A stretch of DNA of 63,608 nucleotides, filler included, from Albugo candida (taxonomy: Eukaryota), in NCBI GenBank assembly GCA_040437565.1. It is 8 parts of 8 records of this genome, joined end to end, with 100 filler letters (N's around TTAATTAATTAA, not from the genome) between each part and the next. Parts side by side here need not be neighbours in the genome. Positions count along the whole stretch, not along the records: positions 48,510 to 56,081 come from JBDOQK010000129.1; positions 56,182 to 63,608 come from JBDOQK010000130.1; 6 more parts are not named here. One strand, given 5' to 3'. Positions 51,991-63,608 of this stretch are shown here, piece by piece. Both the position numbers and the translations under genes were made by a program. The notes under the pieces were generated by a model that ran no database searches, had not been told where the DNA came from, and saw nothing but the letters and a program-made list of their open reading frames with translations. The first letter of the stretch is position 1; every line of letters begins with the position of its first letter.

Positions 51991-54900
51991 GTCGGGTCGT
52001 GAAATTGAATTAATAACTCATTGTGTCAGCTTCAAATACCTTGTGTAGCGATCGGGTCGTCTGATATTTTCTCAATCGTAACGGAGTGATAGCTTTTTGT
52101 GATTACTAGAGTTTTATCATGCGCAATCAACTGCTTCCTCAATTACATTACCGGACATCAGATCGCTATTTTTTCATGAGGCAGTTTTCAAATGAGTGGT
52201 TCGAATGAGTGGTTCGCAATCAATGAGGATACATGTAAAAGACATCGGTAGCGACTTCTGCACCCAAAACGCCCTGCCAACTCCAGTTTTTGATATTCAA
52301 GTGAACGATAAGTATCTCGTCGTCTTCACAGTTAAAGTACGCCATTGAGAGGCTCTCAATTCACTTGAGAACGTAATTGTACACAAAGCAAGGGAAGGAA
52401 GCTTGCAAGTGAAATGATACAAATCGTCCAAACCGGAGGCACTCAGAATGACCAGTTATGCTTGATGTAAAAATAAGACTTCCTACCTCTGAACTCTATC
52501 TTCGGGGTACCGAAAAGTAGTCGGAACCGATCCTAGGCAAGCTTCAGTTGCTGGGAAGCCGGGAACCACTTTCTAAATCAAGTCTAGATCAAAAGTCAAG
52601 TTGCGTGGGAATGTACTTGCACGTAAGGGTATCACCGTAACATGAAGAAGATGATTCTTTGCATCCCGGAAACAGTCGAATCGAACGATTACTCACAGTA
52701 GTCTTTCCCGGTCATTTTCTCAAGGGTGTGCGTTGCACCGCTGTTGTACCGAAGTCATGCAAGTCTCCGCTAGAAATAGTGGCGGTAGTCACCTCAGGTC
52801 ACCCTAAATTCCTTGACGCGATCTTCATTTCCAGTAATGAGTTCCATTAATACTGTATTACTCAAAGCTCAACGAACAGAAGCTTGTGCAGGTATGCGTA
52901 ATTCACTCAAAAGCGCACCAAACATACGCTATTGGCCTCGATTATAAAGTCAAAGAAGAAAGCAAAGCCAGCCTTGATCCGAGCGATTCTTCCTGAAATC
53001 TCAACACACGAAATCGGACGTTAGAGAAGCGATTTGCGCAAGTTGACGTATCATATTTGAGGAGCGTCACTTCTTCTGGTGCAGCACGGGAGTTTTGGAT
53101 AGTGATGACTTGGTCGTTCCCATTGTTACGCGTTATCCGCTGATGAAAGCAGAGGTATAAGAAGTAAGAAAATAGCAACGTTCACGGTATATTGAAGATG
53201 ATATTTCCTCAGATTTCTGAGGTTCCTACAAGCCAAATGAAAGGCGCTTTCAGTAGAACGAAAGTGAATAAAAAGAGGATGCGCATTCCACAAACTAGAT
53301 TACCAGTGTAGGGGTGTCTTGGATGCGATATCGAGCTGCTGCGACTTCCAAAGAGTTATTCTTCATTGAACTTACTATACACGCATGATCAGGTAAGAAG
53401 CATAATGTTGCTCACAGCTTCCAAAGAAACTCATACAAGAGGTGTCAGAAATGTATCAGCTCTTCACCACTTTTTATCATTCGCTCAAACCATATCGAAT
53501 GCTACATGCTTTCTCAGCAATCAAAAGCCAAAGATTTTTGTCCTTATAGTTCTGATGGTATTCCGATATAAGTTCACCAATGAAAGCAACAGTAATGATG
53601 TTTTAAAGTCGAGTCCAATGATCGAGTCAATGATATTAAACCGGTGACCCTGTGGTCTGGTAACGGTCAAGCGATGAATATCATGCACGCCTTAATCTGA
53701 CGATGGCATTGGTTGAATATACGTCTAAGATATAGTATGAACTGTTGAGAAGATATCAATATGAACTTGTAATTTTGAGTCAGGGACTGTAACCGCAACT
53801 GTCACATATTTGATTGCGTTTGTATCGCTTTTTACGATATCAGTGAGCTAGACAGCATATCCTATATCAAATGGCTCTATTTTCGACTTATTAGGGTACC
53901 GACATCCCAAGATCGAACTTCTCCGAGTAGATCTTTATACAGTAGTAATCTACAATGTCACTCGTGATAAACGGTTGAAAACTGTCTCGGTCCATACGCC
54001 AGGCCGCTGAGAAGCTATATTTACGTTCCATTTCAACAGTTGGTTGTTCACTCAGCTATATTTGTGGTATCGAGCAGACATGCATTTATGAAGTCGAGGG
54101 TTCATACAACCTAAATTGCTTATATAGCGGAGTCGATAGTTTGTTGAAAAGCTATCGTTCAATGCGTACCCTTGTGAAAGACTAGTAGTTCAATACACAA
54201 CATCAACGCTCCAACAAGAAAAGTACAGATCTCAGTACTAGGTGCATTTCCAGCACCATACTAATCGATTAAACGCTCTTGAGCTATCAGTCACGTAACT
54301 TCGATATACATAAGTGATGTATCTCGGGAAAAAGAACATCTTTGAAAGACATAACCATCCAAGCAGTAGATGTGAGACGTAGCAGTAGAAAGATGTACGA
54401 TAAGACCATAGCCCGAAGCGAGCTCTCCTCAAACGAAAGCTGTATTGTGCGCTGTCTTTGTGCCAGTCATGAGCGAAATGACTTTTGGTTTTTTTCGGCA
54501 CGCTCCACCGTAGCATTCTTGTGCACTGCACACATGGTTGATCCTTCTGACAAACCTAGCCAGATGTTGTGACAAGCTTCGAACACTGAGTAACATCGCT
54601 GTGTTATATCAGCGTCATTTATTCTAATACGAGCGAGATGTTGATGCATTTATGTCCGATTATTTGAGACACATACAGCATGATCTATCCTGTTTATCAT
54701 CAAACGGTACTAAACAGCGAACTTAAATGTAGATCAAACGATCTAGCGAAGAAACAATTTATGTGTTGATCCCGATCGATGCAAGTAAAAACACGGATCG
54801 CGTTGGTGATGGCTTCTTCAACTCGAGCACTGTCATGCGCGACTCTGAAACGCTATTGCATCAAGAGTATGTGTTTTCCTAGTTAACGGCTTTACGAAGG

Positions 54901-57148
54901 CTATCAAAGCCTAAAGCCTTCATGCTCCCAAAGTACGATTAAACGTTACCAATTTGTTTACTTACAAGATTTGCAAGGAAGATGTGCATTCTATTACATG
55001 AAATTGCTTATTTGCAGGAATAAGAAAGTACTGTACACCTATGTGTCTCACCTTAGGTTTGCTTCTATGCTCGCAAAGTACGGTTCCGATGCTTTAAAAA
55101 CGTTGTGCCTACAGCCTCCATATTAAATCATCAAGGAGTTCTTACTCATAATCAAATATTCGACGAACCTTGAGCACAGTCAAGATGTATCGATTCAAAG
55201 CGGATTGTATCGCCATGCTTGAATTTTCGACAGCGTATCATCAATCCGTGAGCGGTGATTACACAGAACTGTATAAAAGAAGGATAGGGAGGCTTGAACA
55301 TTGCCATTCGGGATGGCTGTAGAAACAGCAAGGGTTCATTATGAGAAGAGTGAGACGTCAGAATTAGTGATGGCATTTTACCAAAATGATACTAAGGACC
55401 CAATCCTTGCTTTAAAACAATGCTGGCCCCAAAAGGAAGTTAGCGTGCGCTATGATGACAATATAAAGTCTCGCTCTGATCCTGATGTATTGATACAGAT
55501 GGATGTAACGGTATCAGGCGGCTCTGATGATTTATATACACCAGAAAACGCGTTGGCAAGGACCTACCTCTATGATCCAAACGAAGGTAAGCATACACTA
55601 GAATACATGAAGCCTTTCCATGAATTGAATCTGGCTGGTAAATTTGGTGCGTGTTGAAAAATCTACGGGAACTTCTTGCATCTTCATTCATACTGAGCAT
55701 ATGTATTCCCCATGTGCATGGGAGAAAAGGAGGCGAGAAGAAGATGACTTAGCCCGCATGATGCTCAATCCTGACTCGTTCATCACAATAGCACCAAACG
55801 GAATGTATTCTTATGAATAATGGATGAGTATCAGAAAATATATGCAGGAGCCATTTCAGCGAATTTAAGAACACCCGGTCAAGCTGAATCCCGGAGAGCG
55901 AGCTCAAGTCCTCAGAAGTTATTCTGAACGGTGCGTCATTGAAAAACCAAAATTTCCGTTTCTCAGCTGACAATGAATGGCCTCGAATGCCAGGTGACGT
56001 TCATGAGGTGTGGAAAGAGCAGCTGGAAAAGATAGGGTATACGATCGATAAAAGAAACGTGTACCAACGTACAACGGATTCNNNNNNNNNNNNNNNNNNN
56101 NNNNNNNNNNNNNNNNNNNNNNNNNTTAATTAATTAANNNNNNNNNNNNNNNNNNNNNNNNNNNNNNNNNNNNNNNNNNNNCCTTCAATTGAACCAATTA
56201 CTTCGGACGCTTTTTTTTCTTCGGTGCAGCAGGCGGAGCTAGGCTCCATCGACTCGCTTCATGTTGCAAAATGCGTCATCAAATTGCTGCGGGCTGTTCG
56301 AGAGCTTGATTGTTCCATTTCTTTTGTATTGTGCGTTATACGAAACAAATGATACGTACACCACTTGTTAACCTGTGCGAGCCTCTCGGCAGAATATCCG
56401 GTGGCATGCGACTTCAACAAAAGATAGCCGTTGGGTCGGAGCTACTAGATCGAATAGGTCGAACATTGCGGCATCGAGTGAACAAAGGTGCGGGTGATGT
56501 ATTCTTCGACATCGGCTTTGCGATCCACCAATCGTGGCCCTTCTTGTTTCGCCGTTGTTCTGCTGTCGCATCATGTTACTTAATTTCATTGTGTTTAATA
56601 AAGTTGACGAACGTGTCGAAATACAAAGGTGCATTTTTCCAACATACCTGATATAAACGTCTTTGAACACCGTGAATCTTATTGTTAGACTGGCATTTTC
56701 TAAGCTATTTCACTATCCGACCCAAGGAAAAACGTTATTTATCATGTAGCCGCACTGATGTGATGTGGCATCAAGTTATATACTGCAAGGTATTTCTTAC
56801 TTTTTGTAACCACTTAACGATGAGTAATTTCGAACAATAGAACCTGCCACGCAAGTTCAATCTCTAACAGATAAGTCGGCTCGAAATTAGTCGATCTAGA
56901 TTAAAACGATTCTGGACTCATAACAGCATCCCAACTGCGCGGGTTACGTGGCACTTTGACTGTCCAATCATAATCGTGGACAATTTCCAGAAGTATTTGA
57001 CTGGCTTAGGATTGAATGACGCCAACAAGAGCTTCGATTTTTTTCTAGTATTCGATAATCCATTAGTGGACCAGAATCATTTAGTATTTGGAAAACCTAA
57101 ATATGGTCATAATCAAATCTGTTGACAACTGGTGACGTCAGAAGCGAT

Positions 57149-58690
57149 ATGTCTCCAACAATACGAATGGGATTGAAATCGCAACTTGTCACCTTAGATG
57201 CAACCAAGCCTGTGGTGAACCCACCCGTCCCAGATGCCGTACACCCAAAACCTGAGGCTACAAAGCCTGTGGTGAACCCACCCGTTCCAGATGCCGTACA
57301 CCCAAAACCTGTTGCTACAAAGCCTGTTGTGAACCCACCGGTCCCCGACGCAGTACATCCGACACCTGACGTAAAACCCACCACCACCGATCCATCGAAA
57401 CCCACAGCCCCAAAAGCGGATGCAGTAGCCACAAAATCACCGCCAGCTGTTGCATCCTCAAAAGCTGCTGTCCCCAATGCTATTCCTGGTGGGCCAGTCG
57501 CAGCATCAAAGCCTTCGCCAAGTTCTGTTCCTCCAACACCAGCATCCCCACAATCTCCTTTGCCAACGCTTCCCCATGAACACTCGAAACATTGGCCAAA
57601 CGATGTCACAATGCTCCAAACAGGTGTACTCGTATCGTTGCCAATCGTTTTTTGTGCGGCATTTTTCATCGTTTTGAAGATTGTTTGGAAGAGTTCGCGA
57701 TCATCACCACGATACGCGCCAACGTCGACCCATGGTGCTGACAATGAATCGACTCCGCTTAATCAAGGTCAAAATGTATTGCTCAGTCAAAAAGGAGCGA
57801 ATTCTTATGGCCAAGGATGCTTCCAAAAGTTTGAAATCATATTCTTGGTCGGTATGGCCTTACTTGCTAGTGTGTTAACACTTCTCACCTATTTCTATGA
57901 GCACGAATTGCTGCACTCTACGCATTTCTGGTTGATGCAAGTGCTTAAATTCGCTGTGCTTATGGTGGTCGCATTATGTTGTGGGAGTGTATGTCGGCAT
58001 TGTTGCGAGATTGATGTGCGAGGCTACACTGCGATGAGCAAGTCGAATCGTTTCAGAGTGGTTTATACTCAGAAATTTCATCTTTTTGCCACCTACTTGA
58101 TTTTTCTTGCGGTCAAGGCAGAACATCGAACATTACTGGGTCTGGCATGGGGAGCATTCTTTTGTTTATTGACATTTGTGGTTCTTATCAAACCCATTCG
58201 TGAAAAGTCTACGTTCTTTATGCTGCAATTTAATTCACTGGATTGCCCTGAAGATCGACCAAATACTTTGCAACGAATCATTGCTTTTAATCTCGTCCCC
58301 GGGATGCTTACCCTTCTGTTTTTTGTGTGGCTTCTTGCTGAAAAAGCTTCATTGCTGTTTATCCTTGTGCTTATAACAGGTGTTGGTGTTGGACTGGCTG
58401 ATACAATTGGCACGACGCTCGGAACGCATGCGTTCAAATCAAGGGAGTGTTTTTCGTGGCGCGTACATATGCACACTTTGGAAGGCAGTGCATACGTTTT
58501 CTTGGCAGCAATGATTTTCCCATTGCTTCAATATGCTTACTTTTCCAGTTTTCTCCAAGTATTGCTGGCTATGCTCATTTTGCCTCCAGTCATGACATTA
58601 GTCGAGGCTACATCAGTACAAGCGTTCAAGACTCCAGCTCTAATCATCTGTGGTGGTGCGATCATTTACACCCTCAGCGTGTTTGCTTGA
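57149..58690 (+). CDS. Multi-pass membrane protein: Pro-rich repeat N-terminus plus degenerate CTP-dependent kinase/cytidylyltransferase-like domain
   Basis: Shares LIKPIREKSTFFMLQFNSLD.PEDRPNTL with 60540-61709, but family motifs are altered. Confidence 0.8.
   Translation: MSPTIRMGLKSQLVTLDATKPVVNPPVPDAVHPKPEATKPVVNPPVPDAVHPKPVATKPVVNPPVPDAVHPTPDVKPTTTDPSKPTAPKADAVATKSPPAVASSKAAVPNAIPGGPVAASKPSPSSVPPTPASPQSPLPTLPHEHSKHWPNDVTMLQTGVLVSLPIVFCAAFFIVLKIVWKSSRSSPRYAPTSTHGADNESTPLNQGQNVLLSQKGANSYGQGCFQKFEIIFLVGMALLASVLTLLTYFYEHELLHSTHFWLMQVLKFAVLMVVALCCGSVCRHCCEIDVRGYTAMSKSNRFRVVYTQKFHLFATYLIFLAVKAEHRTLLGLAWGAFFCLLTFVVLIKPIREKSTFFMLQFNSLDCPEDRPNTLQRIIAFNLVPGMLTLLFFVWLLAEKASLLFILVLITGVGVGLADTIGTTLGTHAFKSRECFSWRVHMHTLEGSAYVFLAAMIFPLLQYAYFSSFLQVLLAMLILPPVMTLVEATSVQAFKTPALIICGGAIIYTLSVFA
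57197..57376 (+). repeat. Three 60-bp coding repeats (ATKPVVNPPVPDAVHPKPx)
   Basis: Directly visible in both DNA and protein. Confidence 0.9.
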
Positions 58691-60539
58691 GAATTTTTTT
58701 TGATACGAGTAGATGAAGCACAATAAAAATTGATCTGATTCCGATCGCAGCGATGTTTGTATTCCTGTTATATACTCGTGATTCCCGATATAAATACTAA
58801 CATGTAATGGATCGAACTGCGGGTTTGTTAATGATATATCGGATATTTTTGGTCAACTGCCACAATGTCAATGAGAGTGTTTGGGATGAATACTCACAAA
58901 TAAGATCGCAGGGAACGGAGGAGGTGGCAATAAAATGGATTTTTCTAATTTGCAAGAACACTTTGTGTGTGACACATATCGATCTGTACTTCTCCTGTCC
59001 ATCTAGATGATCGACTTAGGTCCTGCACAATGAAGCCCAACTTTGAGGGACAGAGGGAGCGGTGATACCTTTTACGAAATACTATCGAGACGGGTCCTCT
59101 GGTCATGTACAACAAACCTCATCAAAATCTACTTTATATTTATTTATTCACCATTCTATGTACCGCATCAGAAATGCAAGTATGTAAAGTCACCGACTGA
59201 GCGTTACAGAAACATAAAGACTTCAATCCATGCATTCCTCCCAATTGAACCTTCTTCCAAATCGTCTTTCCTACTGTGCAAATAAAGTGGTAGTTGATAG
59301 TCCCGTCTGATTGATCGGCGGCTATTGTGATTGTAGCCATACTCTCATGATCCTCATTAGCGCATCTGCAATCGTACAATTTGGTCGCAGATAGAGTCAA
59401 TCGTACAATCGAGTGTGTGAGTTCTCGTAGTTTATATAATTACCAATGATCAATTCGGTGCCTGCTTTTCGGATCACACGATACTCACCGTATTTCGACA
59501 CAGATTTAGACAATCGGATGACGTCTACTTTTGCTGAACCTTAATGCATGGGACAAATCCCTAGATTTCGGTGATTTTCACTCAGATAATTGTGCAGTAT
59601 GATATCCAAAATGACCTTTATAAAAGTACAGCCTTGATCTAGCCGATGATGGCTGCGAAACATATGTATCGATTTGTATGGATTCTGACTCAGCACGGAA
59701 AGAAGAACACCAAGTAAATAAGTCTTGTCGATGAAGCGAGTTGGCGGTGTTAGGCTAGGTGAGAGGCTTTACAATCGATCCGATGCAAGGGCCAGTTGAA
59801 TGTAAGCGTCTTGGTCTTGTCCATATACTCGACAGTGCTGTTGTCTTCATCCAGAGATGATGCCTATCAAGCTCATGCCTGCTTTAGACCATATCTGATA
59901 GAAGCAAATGGTATCTTTAGACCATAAGTTTAGGCTATTGCCATGCTGTTTATAAATTCGCGACCATTGATTATCTTACTTCTCGAAGCCGTAGCAAACT
60001 TGCTTGATAGCAGCTAAGGGAGAGCCACAATAGATTTAAATTAAAGGTTGCAGCGACGAGATCGAGATTGTTGTTCTTCAAAAATGTAAATGGAAAAGAG
60101 AGAAGCATGATTGTGCAACTGGACGTCATAGAAACTCAGAAAAAAGTTGGAAAGGCTGTCTGCGTTCCTATGACGCACACTCGAAAGAAGCAGTGAGGTG
60201 GACATAGCAGCATCAGGCATATAGTTTGGAGTGCCAATTGATTGACTGTCCAATGAGATCAAATTACGCTCTCGAGCTTCTGCAGGAAAAGCTCCATAAT
60301 ACTTGTTGGCGCTTTATTTGCGGCTCAAATACTCAGTAGGCATATAGTATAGACTTGAAAACATGCGTATCTCATTCTTTTGTATATATCACTTGCGTCG
60401 TCAACGTGGTTTCACCTTTAGGTCGTCCTTGAATCGTCCGAGGCAAGTGTGAATAAGATGTTGATTACACAAGCATCAAGGCAACACCAAACAAAAGATC
60501 TCATTGTTATTATTTTTTTTCATTGCTTACAGCAGGCTT

Positions 60540-61709
60540 CTACACGAACGCAGTAATCAGGTACAGAATGACACCACATCCAATCATCAAGACTGGGGTG
60601 TCCATAGTGTGGGGCGCTGTTGCTTCTGCATACGCCATCGTTGGCGGTAAAATTGTGATTGCCAACAAGACTTGAGTAAAGTTGGCAAAATCAGCGTATT
60701 GCAATGCAGGGAAGATCATTGCCGATAGGAAGACACAAGCGCTGCCCTCCAAACTTCGAGTGTATTTTCGTTTCGAGAAGCAGCCACGCGATTTGTACTT
60801 GTGACGCCCCCAAGTAATTCCAATTGGTTCTGCCAGTCCGTCACCGATACCAGTGATGAAAACAATGATGAACGTTATCGCACCTTGTTCAGCAAAGAGC
60901 CATTTGAAAAACAATAAAATGAGCATTCCTGGCGCGATGTTGCCAGCAATAATCCATTTCAGAGTGTTTGGACGATCTTCAGGTCGGTCCAATGAATTGA
61001 ACTGCAGCATGAAAAACGTTGATTTTTCACGAATTGGTTTGATTAGCACCAAAAAGCCCAACATGCTGAAAAAATCGCCCCATGCCAGTGACAAAGGACC
61101 ATGGAATTCGGATTTGATCACCATTGGAACCAGATATGCTGCAAAATGCTGCAATTTTCGAGTGTAATTTACTTTGAAAAACGAAGATCGGTTGGTTATT
61201 ATATAACCTTTTTCATCCACTTCGCAATAGTGGCGGCAAATAAATCCGCCACATAATGATACCAACATCATTATTCCGAGTTTCGGAAGTTGTAACAGCC
61301 AAAACACGCCCGAATGAAAGAGATACGGTTGAGTGAAATATGTCACAACTATCAAACACAGTGCGAATAGAATGACTCCGATAACAAACACGAAATCAAA
61401 AGTCTTTGTCCAATCTCTTTCATAGTTTCCAGCAACTTCACCTTCCTCAACAAGTGAGGTTTTCACGTGTTGTAATTTATTCAGTGGTGTAAGTTCATGA
61501 TCACAATTAGAAACTGACGATGGTACTGGCACATATCGCGGTATCGACCTTGGAACTTTCCAAATTACGCGCAGTAAAATGTATATAAGAACAAAGCTGA
61601 CCACGGGTGAGAGAATCAAGACCAATGACTGAGTGGTTGTGATATTTACAGGCCATTCTGGTGACGAATCCACATTATGTTCCGGTAAGGGGGATTCGCT
61701 CATTGACAT
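60540..61709 (-). CDS. CTP-dependent polyprenol/diacylglycerol kinase-like membrane protein (dolichol kinase/phytol kinase/DGK1 superfamily)
   Basis: TRKLQHF, GIGDGLAEPIG..WG, RSLEGS, AEA...MDT; many transmembrane segments. Confidence 0.75.
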   Translation of the reverse strand: MSMSESPLPEHNVDSSPEWPVNITTTQSLVLILSPVVSFVLIYILLRVIWKVPRSIPRYVPVPSSVSNCDHELTPLNKLQHVKTSLVEEGEVAGNYERDWTKTFDFVFVIGVILFALCLIVVTYFTQPYLFHSGVFWLLQLPKLGIMMLVSLCGGFICRHYCEVDEKGYIITNRSSFFKVNYTRKLQHFAAYLVPMVIKSEFHGPLSLAWGDFFSMLGFLVLIKPIREKSTFFMLQFNSLDRPEDRPNTLKWIIAGNIAPGMLILLFFKWLFAEQGAITFIIVFITGIGDGLAEPIGITWGRHKYKSRGCFSKRKYTRSLEGSACVFLSAMIFPALQYADFANFTQVLLAITILPPTMAYAEATAPHTMDTPVLMIGCGVILYLITAFV

Positions 61710-63076
61710 TCTCTATCGAAATGAGTCAAAATGATTCGATTATATTGCAGAAGAACACACTCGTCTTTCTTATCTCCGATCCACTCAATATCAGCAAATT
61801 ACAACGCTCCGTGCGGCAAAAGCAACCAATCAAAATCAAGGTCAACGCTGCATCAATCACAGAAAATTCATTCTTTGTTTCCATAGAACGTCGTGTCCGT
61901 GAAGATTTCTTGATTGAGAAGAACTCAGTACTTGTATGCCAGGATTGATTTCTCGTATATTGCGTATTTACTCTCCTAGCATCGCGCAAGACATATCTCA
62001 CTTGTTCGGTCGCTATTCAAAGTCCTTTCGCTCAACTTGCGACAAATGTACCTGACAAAAACCGACAATTATTCAGTCAGATGAGAGAATGTGGATGTCA
62101 TACTGCTGAATCGGATTGGGGCATTCATCATTACCATTTATACGCAATCGAAAGGCAACTCTCTGGATGTTGTGAGTGTATGTATGTACTTGAGATGGTC
62201 AATAGCGCTGTATCAGCCGGCTTGCGGTTCTTCGACTGGCGATCGCGAAATGGTACAATTTCTATATCAGTCGTATGGCTTGGTTTTATTACTTTAACAT
62301 GCTCTCGAAGACCTCATCATAGTGTGTGAAGATTTTGACGCAGGTTCAGCAGAAGAAGAATGATATTTTATTCATTTCGACAATCACATTGACACAAACG
62401 CTCGATAACATAAATATCTAATTGGGATGTCGGCACTGATCTGAAGCAAAAGTACAAAAAGAAGTAGAAGCAGTCAGAACCGTATGCAATAGAATGTTGA
62501 ATGGTTTGCGTAGTATCGTACATGCAGACGCAATGAAAATCGGTTGTTTGGGGCTCATCAATTTTGACGCTTATATATATTTCGCAAAATCAAGCAATCA
62601 CTCGACACGCGAGACATTGGAAGAACAGCTGGATCGGTTATGTAGAACGTTGTAACGTTTGCACATGGTGAATTCACTGATGCACCATTGAGTCACTAGT
62701 GTCGTGATCATCTTCTCAATCTTAGCGGCTTACTCGATTACAATGCACTTGACGAAATGGATTCTGGTCTTTTATTTACAAAAGCCAATTTGAGCAAGTT
62801 GAGAATAATGAATGAGTACATGATAAATAGAAGTTTGCCTTCTTTGGCTTGGCTGCTCGCTGCAAAAATGTGTACCAATAGAAAATTACCACATTTATGT
62901 CCAATTTGCTGTTCTGTGTGTCGTACTGACTTTTGCAAATCGATATCCTTTGTAATGAATGTAAAGTCGGAGCAAAAGTGACAAATAATCCGAATCGATC
63001 GACTGAAATGCCAAAACGTATTTAGAACAGCGCTGCAAAAGTGACCAATCGAACTTCGAAGCAAGACGCTCGCGAA

Positions 63077-63608
63077 ATGGACTTGTCGTCCTTTGCAAGT
63101 CTGAATGCGTCATCCAACTTTTTTCGCAGCGAATTCTACAGCGATAAAAGAACACGAGAGTTTCGGCAGGTTCTGTATACCCGTACGTCACATTGCTTCG
63201 CGATAGTGTCTTTCCTGGTTCTGAGTTTCGACTTTTTATAGCCACAAGGCGTGGATGTATCGGCAAAATAATCTTTGTAATTCATGGAGAACGCCAAATT
63301 GCTTTTGTGAAATCGATATACATAGACAAAGAATGGCGTGGAAGAGGATTAGCTCGTGTTTTGTTCTTACTGTGTTTGATGACAATTTGCGAAGAAAAGA
63401 TGGTCAAAGAATTACATCTCGAAGCCGAAGAAGATGAACTCCGATTCGGCAAACTCGTTCATCTTTATGAATGCTGGGGGTTTGGAAAAGCGAACAATGC
63501 TAAAGTCGACTATATTTATAACGATATGGAATGCTATCGGAGGGTTCCTATGGTTTTGGCTCTCACTGTAAGTTTAGCTTTCTCTCTATCGAGTCAATGA
63601 CACTCATC
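63077..63608 (+). CDS. GNAT-family N-acetyltransferase; intron 63183-63241; probably continues past the window end
   Basis: VKSIYIDKEWRGRGLAR (motif A), LVHLYECWGF; GTAAGT donor near 63568. Confidence 0.8.

Noticed and set aside
52940-55660. Possible CCG/CHxC effector relics with hydrophobic leaders near 53180 (minus) and 55041 (plus)
   Set aside because: Frames are broken and no complete motif could be read.
56310-56651. GDVFFDIG as a DOT1-like methyltransferase motif
   Set aside because: The glycine-rich continuation is missing and there is no other supporting motif.
57097-57744. 215-aa Gly-rich antisense ORF
   Set aside because: Shadow of the Pro-rich repeat coding strand.

Overview
Eukaryotic draft scaffold of eight contigs joined by artificial N-padded TTAATTAATTAA linkers, plus one plain 100-N gap, so adjacency across gaps is unproven. 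Contigs 2-8 look like an oomycete genome (Albuginales-like is my inference from compactness, short introns and gene repertoire). They alternate dense housekeeping clusters (choline dehydrogenase, TyrRS, p24, Rab28, SCY1-like, NOG1-like GTPase, GH81, ITPase, CTP-dependent kinase-like pair, GNAT) with decayed regions (MULE, Gypsy, L1/Tx1, dynein heavy chain, TRF4-like and Sel1 pseudogenes). Contig 1 (1-8417) is visibly more AT-rich and is the most interesting part. It holds a spliced Helitron2/Helentron-type Rep N-terminus (cut by the gap), preceded by a spliced SSB-like OB-fold gene, a divergent acidic/NLS/pentapeptide-repeat gene, and two tandem spliced MUG/TDG glycosylase paralogs, one with the catalytic GINP motif and one without. 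I propose this is a candidate rolling-circle element carrying ssDNA-protection and deamination-repair cargo. All gene models were read by eye; no searches were run.
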